A stretch of DNA of 41,478 bases, taken from a virus (Duplodnaviria > Caudoviricetes). The stretch is taken from the IMG/VR virus record IMGVR_UViG_3300037484_000856, positions 1 to 41,478 of that record. One strand, written 5' to 3'. A program made the translations under genes and the position numbers. Positions 26,899 to 34,839 of this stretch are shown here, in pieces (positions within the stretch are counted from its first letter, which is position 1; each line of letters starts with the position of its first letter). The notes beneath the pieces are model-generated. The model saw only the letters and a program-made list of their open reading frames with translations, was not told the origin of the DNA and did no database searches.

Positions 26899-27566
26899 CG
26901 ACACCCGCAACCCCGGCAGCGCCACCGAGCCCACCGGCTCCGGTGCCCGCGGCCCCCGGCGCCCCGCCAGCAGCGCCGCCGCCTGCAGCCCCGCCCGTTC
27001 CGCCTCCGGCCCCCGCGCCGCCGGCGGCCCCGGCGACACCGCCCGCAGCGGACCCTCCTGTTCCACCTCCGGCTGCAGCGCCGCCCGCGGCGCCGCCTGC
27101 ACCACCGGAGACGTACGCGCTCACGCTGCCGGCAAACGGCGTGCTCGACCAATCCGACATCAACGTCATCACGACGATGGCGAAGGAGGGGGGTTGGACG
27201 CTCGAGCAGGCCCAAGCCGCGCTGGACGATCTGCAGACGAGCCTCGCGGCTCAGACGGAGACGTTCCGCGCCGAGCTCGAACGACACCCGGAAATCGGCG
27301 GCGTCAACCGCGGGCCGGCAGAAGAGAACATGCTGCGGGCCCTCGATCGCTTCCTCCCGGCCAGTGAGCCGGAAGGGGCACGACTCCGCGCGGAACTCAC
27401 CAAAACGGGCAAGCAGTACGACCCGTCGGTCGTGTTGCTCTTGTCCCGCATCGGCAAAGCCATGCGCGAGGACCGTCCCACGCTCGGGGTCGCGACGATA
27501 CCGCCCGCCGTCGAACGCAAGTCCGACATGGCGGTGCTGTACCCGAACGACGTGCCGAAGGCCTAG
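26895..27566 (+). CDS. Capsid scaffolding protein
   Basis: Pro/Ala-rich N-terminus, PETYAL.LP, RIGKAMRED, VLYP C-terminus; precedes the capsid gene. Confidence 0.75.
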   Translation: MTTPATPAAPPSPPAPVPAAPGAPPAAPPPAAPPVPPPAPAPPAAPATPPAADPPVPPPAAAPPAAPPAPPETYALTLPANGVLDQSDINVITTMAKEGGWTLEQAQAALDDLQTSLAAQTETFRAELERHPEIGGVNRGPAEENMLRALDRFLPASEPEGARLRAELTKTGKQYDPSVVLLLSRIGKAMREDRPTLGVATIPPAVERKSDMAVLYPNDVPKA

Positions 27567-27594
27567 CCGAGTCATCAGAGATGGAGACGACCGT

Positions 27595-28692
27595 ATGAAG
27601 TTCACCCAGACGATTCTCACGGCCCTGTTCGCGCTGTTCCTGCAGCTCACGGGTATCGCGGCGCACCTTGAGGGCGGGAACGGCGTCGCCACCGCGGCGA
27701 CGTTGTCCACGGGCGCGATGACGCTCATCGACTACGCGAAACTGCTCGACCCCAACGACCAGGTGGCTCGCATCATCGAGCTCCTGTCGCAGACGAACGA
27801 GATCCTCCTCGACATGCCGTTCATGGAAGGGAATCTCGTGACGGGGCACCGGACGACGGTGCGCACCGGCCTGCCCGATGTGTTCTGGCGCTTGCTGAAC
27901 CAGGGCGTCGCGCCGAGCAAGGCGCACACGGCGCAGATTGACGAGCAGTGCGGGATGCTCGAGGCGTACGCGCAGGTCGATCGCGCGCTCGCGGACCTCG
28001 GCGGGAATCGCGCCGGCGTGCGGCTGTCGAACGCGCGGGCCTTCCTCGAGGCGATGAACAACGAAATGGCGAGCACGCTGATCTACGGGTCGGCGTCGGC
28101 GCCGGAAGAGTTCATCGGCCTGGCGGCCCGCTACTCGTCGACGACCGCCGGCAACGGCGACAACGTGATCCTCGCCGGCGGCACGGGGTCGACGGACAAC
28201 ACGTCGATCTACCTGATCGCGTGGGGCGAGGAGACGATCTGCGGCATCTACCCAAAGGGCTCGAAGGCGGGCCTCTCCCATGAGGATCTCGGCGAGAAGC
28301 TGATCCAGAACGCGGGCGGCGTGACCGGCGCGCTCATGATGGCGCTCGTCGATCACTGGGAGTGGAAGTGCGGCCTCGCGCTCAAGGACTGGCGCTATGG
28401 CGTGCGGATCGCCAACATCGACGTCTCGAACCTCTCGAGCGCGTCGGACGCGGCCGACCTCCTGCACTTCATGGCCGACGCAGAAGAGCGCCTGCCGAAC
28501 GAGCTCGGCAATCGCGCGTTCTACGCGAACCGCACCGTCATCCGGTTCTTGCGGCACCAGACGCGCGAGCAGGTGAGCGCCGGCGGCGGGATCACGTTCG
28601 AGAACATCGCGGGCAAGCGCGTGCGGATGTTCGGCACCTCGCCCGTGCGCGTGACCGACGCCTTGCTCAACACCGAGGACGTGGTCGCCTAG
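27595..28692 (+). CDS. Major capsid protein (BPP-1 Bbp17-like)
   Basis: IIELLSQTNEILLDM, HRTTVRTGLP, CGMLE, GIYPKGSKAGL, DWRYGVRIANID, DALLNTE. Confidence 0.92.
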   Translation: MKFTQTILTALFALFLQLTGIAAHLEGGNGVATAATLSTGAMTLIDYAKLLDPNDQVARIIELLSQTNEILLDMPFMEGNLVTGHRTTVRTGLPDVFWRLLNQGVAPSKAHTAQIDEQCGMLEAYAQVDRALADLGGNRAGVRLSNARAFLEAMNNEMASTLIYGSASAPEEFIGLAARYSSTTAGNGDNVILAGGTGSTDNTSIYLIAWGEETICGIYPKGSKAGLSHEDLGEKLIQNAGGVTGALMMALVDHWEWKCGLALKDWRYGVRIANIDVSNLSSASDAADLLHFMADAEERLPNELGNRAFYANRTVIRFLRHQTREQVSAGGGITFENIAGKRVRMFGTSPVRVTDALLNTEDVVA

Positions 28693-28704
28693 CGCGACTA
28701 GCTG

Positions 28705-28740
28705 GCCGCGCGCGGCGCTGGATCGCGCGCGGCACCTTTT
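28705..28740 (+). terminator. Possible intrinsic terminator after the capsid gene
   Basis: GCCGCGCGCG / CGCGCGCGGC stem followed by ACCTTTT. Confidence 0.5.
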
Positions 28741-28757
28741 CATCCGGAGCGTGACAC

Positions 28758-29204
28758 ATGATTCTCGACAAATATCTACAGCTGGCCGTGGCGCAGGCCT
28801 TCACCGACGCCGACGAAGTCTCGGAGAACACGATCGATCTCGGGAACCCCACGATCAAGAACCGCGTCGGGTCAGGCGAGCGGCTGTCGCTCGCGTTCGT
28901 GATCACCACGGCGGCCGCGGGCGACAGCGCCTCGGCGACCGACACGTGCGATCTCGTCGCGGTCGAGGACACCGCGGCGAACCTCAGCACCAAGACGGAA
29001 ATCATCTCGCGGCGCGTGCCGGCGGCCGAGCTCGTGGCCGGCGCGATCTTCGAGCTGCCGCTGCCGTCGAACAAGCCGACCAAGCGGTATCTCGGCGCCC
29101 AGGTCGTGCTGGGCACCGGCGACACCGTGAGCGCGACGATCTATGTGATCCCGAGCGAGCACATGCCGTCGTTCCTCGCGTACGCGAAGGGCTACGCGGT
29201 CTAA
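28758..29204 (+). CDS. Capsid cement/decoration protein (Bbp16-like)
   Basis: MILDK.L....QA......SENTIDLG...KRYLG; follows the capsid gene. Confidence 0.8.
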   Translation: MILDKYLQLAVAQAFTDADEVSENTIDLGNPTIKNRVGSGERLSLAFVITTAAAGDSASATDTCDLVAVEDTAANLSTKTEIISRRVPAAELVAGAIFELPLPSNKPTKRYLGAQVVLGTGDTVSATIYVIPSEHMPSFLAYAKGYAV

Positions 29205-29249
29205 CCCAAGTGAGCGGAGGCGCCACGACGGGCCTCCGCTCGCGCGCCC

Positions 29250-30005
29250 ATGCGGACCGTCATCATTCACGGCAAGAAGATCAGCGATCTCTCGCCGCGG
29301 GCGGGCCGGCCGGAGTGTGAGCTCTGGGGCGTCACGCGCGCGAATTGTCGGTTCTGGCAAGGGCGCCTCCGTGACTGGACGGCCTGGTGCGACGTGCACC
29401 CGCTCACACAGACCGGACGGTTCCCTGGGATTCCGCAGCGTCGGCCGGACGCGTGGGCGTGGTACCTCGCGCAGGACGGCACGCGGCCGATCTACCTGCA
29501 GGCACCCGAGTCGCATCATCCCAAGGACCAGGCCGAGGCGCTTCGCCTGTTCAACCTCGTGCCCGGCGCCGCGCGGTTCCCGATCCGCGACATTCAACGC
29601 GCGGCCCCAATTAATGGCGAGCCGAACCGCTGGTTCGTCGAAATGGCCGGGATGCTGATCGCGAAGGCGGTACTCCTCGATCGGTTCGAGAAGATCATCC
29701 TGAACGGCATCGGGTGCGTGTCGACGACCGAGTTCTACATCGCGCACAAGTCGATTCCGTACTGGATCGCCTTCGCGCGCGGCCGCGGCGTGCAGGTCGA
29801 GATCGAGGGCCCGTCGGCCTTCCATACACCGCGGGAAATCTACGCGTACGAGCGGTTCAACTACGACGAGCTCGACCAGGCGCGCGAGGAACGGCGCACG
29901 AAGCCGCTCCGCGATGATCTCCTGGCCCTCGATGACGTGAACCGGCGCGAGCAGGCCCGCGGGCGGCCGCGCCGGTACAACATCCCCGCGGTGGCCGAGT
30001 GGTAA
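29250..30005 (+). CDS. Putative glycosyltransferase-like (GT29/CstII/Maf-like fold) protein
   Basis: VIIHG, ELWGV..N, DVH, MLIAKA...KIILNGIG, YWIAFARGRGVQV; fold assignment is inferred. Confidence 0.45.
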   Translation: MRTVIIHGKKISDLSPRAGRPECELWGVTRANCRFWQGRLRDWTAWCDVHPLTQTGRFPGIPQRRPDAWAWYLAQDGTRPIYLQAPESHHPKDQAEALRLFNLVPGAARFPIRDIQRAAPINGEPNRWFVEMAGMLIAKAVLLDRFEKIILNGIGCVSTTEFYIAHKSIPYWIAFARGRGVQVEIEGPSAFHTPREIYAYERFNYDELDQAREERRTKPLRDDLLALDDVNRREQARGRPRRYNIPAVAEW

Positions 30006-31027
30006 CGGAGGCCTTGACGTCACACGTCGTCGGGCGGCGCGTCACCGTTGTCGGGGCGGCCCCGACGCCCTGGGAGCGCCCCATGGATCGCGAGCCGATC
30101 GTGGCCGTGAACGGCGGGATCGGCAGCGTCGCCGGCGCCGTCGTCGACGTCTGGGTGCTCAACGCGCGCTCGGCACTCGATGCGACCATCGCCGGCGAGA
30201 AGAAAGCCCTCCATTGCCTCATGCTCGCGCAGGGTGCCGGTCGTCATGCGCGGGGCCTCGTGCTCCTCACGAAGGACGACCAGGCGGCCGCGCACACGCT
30301 GAAGGCCTTGACGCAGCAGGGCACGACGTGGGGCGCCGTGGTCGAGGTGAACCAGGGCAGTCGGCGCGAGATCGAGGCGGGCGCTGGCGCCCGGACGCCG
30401 GACCTGACGAAGCACGCGCTGTCCGCCGGGATGTTCGCGGCGGCCGCCTGCTTCTGGGCCGGCGCGGCGACCGTGCGCCTCGAGGGGTTCTCGTGGCGCG
30501 GCGGGTATCAGTATCTGCCCGGCACCGCGATCAGCCGTGGCCACGAGTACGGCGACAAGCGGGCCCTCGCGCTGCTCGGCGACCGGTACGGCGCGCGCCT
30601 CGAGCACGCGCTCCACCTTCCACCGCTCACACAGGAGAGTGCACCCATGGCGACACGACCCACACGACCCGCGACACACGCCGCGTCGACGACGGAGCGC
30701 TTCGAGGCGTCCGATCCAACCCCCGAACCCGCGCCGCCGCCACAGCGGCCGTATAAAGTGCGCGCGCTCAAGCTCCTCCAGTACGGACTCCGCCGGCGCC
30801 GGCCTGGCGACGTGTTCCTGGTCGCGCCCGGCCACTTTCGGGCGAGACAGATGGAGCACGTGAGCGACGCGACACCTGAGCACACCACGACGCCGGCGCA
30901 AGCCGGGCGCCTGGCCGAGGCGCAGGTGCTCGCGACCAAGACGCCACAGCTCCAGCCGAACGGCGCGGACCTCGTCGAGGACGTGCCGACGCCGACCACG
31001 GGCGCCGCCAATCTCGACGTGATTTAG
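29999..31027 (+). CDS. GT29/sialyltransferase-like domain in frame with a small virion protein
   Basis: RVTVVGAAP..IVAVN, LSAGMFAAAAC....VRLEGFS...Y....H; no stop before internal ATG 30647. Confidence 0.5.
   Translation: MVTEALTSHVVGRRVTVVGAAPTPWERPMDREPIVAVNGGIGSVAGAVVDVWVLNARSALDATIAGEKKALHCLMLAQGAGRHARGLVLLTKDDQAAAHTLKALTQQGTTWGAVVEVNQGSRREIEAGAGARTPDLTKHALSAGMFAAAACFWAGAATVRLEGFSWRGGYQYLPGTAISRGHEYGDKRALALLGDRYGARLEHALHLPPLTQESAPMATRPTRPATHAASTTERFEASDPTPEPAPPPQRPYKVRALKLLQYGLRRRRPGDVFLVAPGHFRARQMEHVSDATPEHTTTPAQAGRLAEAQVLATKTPQLQPNGADLVEDVPTPTTGAANLDVI
30647..31027 (+). CDS. Probable internally initiated small virion protein
   Basis: AGGAG RBS before in-frame ATG; YKVRAL...YG.RRRRPGDVF resembles small proteins after cement genes in BPP-1-like phages. 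Confidence 0.5.
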   Translation: MATRPTRPATHAASTTERFEASDPTPEPAPPPQRPYKVRALKLLQYGLRRRRPGDVFLVAPGHFRARQMEHVSDATPEHTTTPAQAGRLAEAQVLATKTPQLQPNGADLVEDVPTPTTGAANLDVI

Positions 31028-31049
31028 GTGGCGCACCGATAGACGCCCC

Positions 31050-34000
31050 ATGAATGTCCGGCAAGCGACGACCGTTTCACTGACGACGGACCCGGACACG
31101 GGCGCGTTCACCGTCAACGTCGCTGCCGGGAGCGCCTTGATGGTCCTCGTGGAGATCGACAGCCCCACGATCTCGCTCAGTGGCATCACGGACTCGCAAG
31201 GGAACACCTGGGCGCTTGGCGTCCGCACGGTCGTCACCGCCCGCAGCTTCGAAGCGTGGTCGGTGCAATCCGCGAATGCCGGCGCGACAACCGTGACGTT
31301 CAATTTCACGGCGACGCCGGTCGCCCGCGTCTGGATGGTCGAGGTCGCGGACATCACGGGCCTTGTCTACGGCATTTCCAATACGCTCGATCAGACGGTC
31401 TCCATCGATCCGGTGCCGCTCGCCACCCTCTCGCCGACGCAGGCGGGCGTCGTGCTTGCGGCGATTCGGTACGCCACCACCGAAACCTTCGCGAACTGGG
31501 AGGAGCGCGAGAGCTTTCTCATCGATAACTCCGGAGGCTCCTCGTCGCGTGGTGGATTCCGTCTCGTGGACGGGGCGATTGCCCTGACACCCGCTGTCAA
31601 CAATTCAACTGCGGCGACAGGCGAGTCGATGACGGTGGTCTTCTACGGCACGCCGGTCGCCGGGAACACTGTTCTCTACCCAGCACCGCGGGCGTGCAAC
31701 GTCCTCATCGAAGGCCCCGGCGCGGGGAACTGGGACTTTCATGGGAGCGGTCCAGCCCCCGACCGTCTCGCGATGTTCACCTACCGGCTGGACCGACAGA
31801 AGGGGTTGGGTGGGAGCCTCTCCCAACCGGTGGACGATCAGACGTGCAACCAGCAAGGCAACTACGACGTCCCGACGTTCTGCCGGTGGATCAGCCCCCC
31901 AGTGGAGGCGCAGACGATCTCAGGGACGTTCGATCTCTGCCAACTCGTGCAGGGTCGGTGGCAGGATAGCGTCCTTGGACTCACGAATGACTCGGTCGTG
32001 CGGTACAAGGTCCACGTCTACATCAGCGTGGGGCAGACGGTTGCGGTGCGGGCGACGCTCCTCGACAACTATGTCGATTCCGTGAATTTCCCCGGCACCA
32101 GTGGGGCCGTGTGGCGTCAACTGGCGGCAGCGCAAACCCTGGCGGCGGGTGTCGCACAGGCCGGCGACTCGATCATCATCGAGACGGGTTTTCGCATCGT
32201 GTCGTCACCCACGCCGGCCGCGTCCTACCCGCCGGATGACTGGACGCTTATCGACTGGACTGGTCTCACAACGGTCGGGTCATTCCCCGACGCCGTCAAC
32301 GGCGACACGTCGACGTCGCGCGCCCCGTGGTTCGGGTTCTCGATCCCGATCGCCTTCCAGCCCACCTCCTCCGTCCCGCCAGGGAATGACGCGTGCGCTG
32401 ATGCGACGGTGGTGTCAGCCCTCCCGTACGCCTCGGCGCACATTGACACGACAGAAGCTCAGGATACCGATCGACGGGTCTGGTTTCGGTTCACCGCGCC
32501 GTCCACCGGCACGATCCTGCTGACGACGTTCGGGTCCAACTACGCGACGACACTGGACGTGTATACAGGAGGGTGCGGCGTCCTGACCTTGGCGAGTTAC
32601 GGCACGCTCAAGGATTTCGGGGTCGGGCGGTCCTCGACAGTGGCGCTGCTCAACGCGACGAGCGGGATCGAGTATCTGGTGCGCATCGGCGCGGAGGCCC
32701 TCGTCAACTCCGTTCGTGATGGAGGTGGGATGCTCCGGCTCACCATCGGGTACCGCGAGCTCCCGCAGGAAGACGATCTCTACATTCCGTCACGGCAATT
32801 ACTGGTGTTTCGAGACGGCGTGGTGGTCAACGCGAATCCGAGCTTCGTCACTGCCTCGCCGACGGGCATCGCCATCGACTACACGCAACGGTCTATGGCG
32901 AATGTCGGCGGCAGCCCCGGTGGTGATCCGCACATCGGAGAGCGCGTCCTGCAAGCGTGGTTCGCATTCGATCCGTGTCTCGTCGAGATGCTTGATCTGC
33001 CGACGTTGAGCTATCTCTCGAGCGGCGCGTCGGACATCGACATCATCTCGGATCCCTTCGATATTCCGAGGCCCGCGACGACGACGCTTGGCATCGCGGC
33101 GTTGCACGTCACACGGGTGACGGGGCTGCTGGTGGCCCAGTTCTTTGGGAACGGCTTCTTGTATGTCGCGGGTGCCGGGGCGAATCGTCCGGCCCACCTG
33201 AACACCATCTCCAGTGCCCCGTCCATCTCGGCGGTCAAGGCGATCAGCGCCATCAAGGGCGACAACCAAGTCGGCAATCCCTTCACCTACGTCGAGAGCC
33301 TTCCGACGCTGGAATCGACGGCGCCGTGGGGCGGCTGGCTCAACGAGGCGACTGGGGATCTCTACTACGTGTCGGGGAGCCCCTACGACTGCCCGCTCGT
33401 GCCCTCGCAGGAGATTCGCGTCTACAACGTGTTCACACAGATACAAGGGCCGATCTTCGCGACGCTACCGGTGCAGTCCGTCTTCCATCCGTCCGTGCGT
33501 GGGCTGTGCGGGATTCTCGGACCAGGCAGCGCCTTCCGCGGCCTGCTCGCCTGCAACGGGAACACGGTCCAGAAACTTGACGCGAGCGGCGCACTCCTCG
33601 ACACCTATACGCCCACGACGCCGGACGCCAATCCCCACCTCGGCATGATGGACGTGAAGATCCTCGCGGACGGGGTGCATGCACTGACGATCGATTACGT
33701 CTCCCGACGCGTGTGGAAGTTCAACCTCCTGACCATGACGGAGGTGTCGACGTACCCCACCTACATGCTCGGGCCGTTTGTGCAAATGGTGCTCTATCAG
33801 CCAAACGGGATCACCCCGACACCGGACGAGCCCTGCGTGCTCGAGGTGCCGTCCACGCAGTGTTGGGGCGACAGCGAGCCGACCCTGCAGAGCCTCGAGG
33901 ATCAACCCACCGTGCCGCAGGCGTCGCAGTGCTTCGCCCCCGGCGGGGTCGCGGCCACGCGCAGTGTCCAGTCACAGCCGACCACGCCGACATCGGGCGC

Positions 34001-34058
34001 GACCTGGCTGCCGACGTTTTCGGTCGATGCGCAGCGCGTCGGCCTGAAGGATTCCTGA
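31050..34058 (+). CDS. Large multidomain surface protein (PPC-like beta-sandwich plus probable beta-propeller)
   Basis: 1002 aa; PGNDACADAT...VWFRFTAPSTG.....TFGSNYATTLDVYTGGCG; C-terminal propeller-like segments. Confidence 0.6.
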   Translation: MNVRQATTVSLTTDPDTGAFTVNVAAGSALMVLVEIDSPTISLSGITDSQGNTWALGVRTVVTARSFEAWSVQSANAGATTVTFNFTATPVARVWMVEVADITGLVYGISNTLDQTVSIDPVPLATLSPTQAGVVLAAIRYATTETFANWEERESFLIDNSGGSSSRGGFRLVDGAIALTPAVNNSTAATGESMTVVFYGTPVAGNTVLYPAPRACNVLIEGPGAGNWDFHGSGPAPDRLAMFTYRLDRQKGLGGSLSQPVDDQTCNQQGNYDVPTFCRWISPPVEAQTISGTFDLCQLVQGRWQDSVLGLTNDSVVRYKVHVYISVGQTVAVRATLLDNYVDSVNFPGTSGAVWRQLAAAQTLAAGVAQAGDSIIIETGFRIVSSPTPAASYPPDDWTLIDWTGLTTVGSFPDAVNGDTSTSRAPWFGFSIPIAFQPTSSVPPGNDACADATVVSALPYASAHIDTTEAQDTDRRVWFRFTAPSTGTILLTTFGSNYATTLDVYTGGCGVLTLASYGTLKDFGVGRSSTVALLNATSGIEYLVRIGAEALVNSVRDGGGMLRLTIGYRELPQEDDLYIPSRQLLVFRDGVVVNANPSFVTASPTGIAIDYTQRSMANVGGSPGGDPHIGERVLQAWFAFDPCLVEMLDLPTLSYLSSGASDIDIISDPFDIPRPATTTLGIAALHVTRVTGLLVAQFFGNGFLYVAGAGANRPAHLNTISSAPSISAVKAISAIKGDNQVGNPFTYVESLPTLESTAPWGGWLNEATGDLYYVSGSPYDCPLVPSQEIRVYNVFTQIQGPIFATLPVQSVFHPSVRGLCGILGPGSAFRGLLACNGNTVQKLDASGALLDTYTPTTPDANPHLGMMDVKILADGVHALTIDYVSRRVWKFNLLTMTEVSTYPTYMLGPFVQMVLYQPNGITPTPDEPCVLEVPSTQCWGDSEPTLQSLEDQPTVPQASQCFAPGGVAATRSVQSQPTTPTSGATWLPTFSVDAQRVGLKDS

Positions 34059-34059
34059 T

Positions 34060-34839
34060 ATGACGGCAGTCGAGCTCGCGAACATCACCCTCTTGCACCT
34101 CGGGATCACCCTCGAGATCGTGGCCGTCGACGAGGACACGCCGGAGGCCGTGGTTATTCGACGCGTCTACGACCACATCCTGCGCGCGTGCCTGCGCCGG
34201 CACCCGTGGGCGTTCGCGACGAAGTACGCCGACCTCTCCCTCGTGCGCGGCCCGTTCTGGGATACGGACCCGACGGAGCTCACGCTCGTACAGGCCTGGG
34301 ACACCGGCGCGGCCTATGTCGCCGGCGACGTCGTGCGCGTCTCGAGCGTCAACTACTACTGCATCCTCGCGAACACCGCCACGACCCCGCCGAACGCGAC
34401 CTACTGGTCGACCGACGAGGCCGACGCCCCGGACTACGCCAACGGCGACTGGCTGTACGGCTATCGGTGGCCGAGCGATTGTCTCTATGCGCGCCGGATC
34501 GTCGACGACGGCGTCGGCCGCACCGACCACGACCCGAGCATCGCCTTTCGCCGCGGTCGCGACGAGAACGGATTGCTCATCTTCACGAACCAAGAGGACG
34601 CGACCCTCGAGTACACGATGCTCGACTGCATCGATCTGTGGAGCGACGACCTGTTTCTGAAGTTCTTCACGTGGACGCTCGCCGGCGAGGCGTCGCCCGG
34701 GCTCGAGAAGGCGCAGAAAACCAAAGCGGAGTGCATCCAGATCGCCGAGCTCTGGTTCAGACGCGCCACGACCGCCGACATGAACGAGGGGCAGCACGAG
34801 CCCCAAGACAACGAGCCTGACTGGATTCGGAACCGCTGA
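34060..34839 (+). CDS. Tail tubular protein A / adaptor with CBM-like insertion
   Basis: ELANITLLHLG, LRRHPWAFA, W.YGYRWPSDCL, DWIRNR end. Confidence 0.75.
   Translation: MTAVELANITLLHLGITLEIVAVDEDTPEAVVIRRVYDHILRACLRRHPWAFATKYADLSLVRGPFWDTDPTELTLVQAWDTGAAYVAGDVVRVSSVNYYCILANTATTPPNATYWSTDEADAPDYANGDWLYGYRWPSDCLYARRIVDDGVGRTDHDPSIAFRRGRDENGLLIFTNQEDATLEYTMLDCIDLWSDDLFLKFFTWTLAGEASPGLEKAQKTKAECIQIAELWFRRATTADMNEGQHEPQDNEPDWIRNR

Noticed and set aside
26900-27110. Low-complexity C/G-rich repeat as a separate element
   Set aside because: Explained by the Pro/Ala-rich N-terminal linker common in scaffold proteins.
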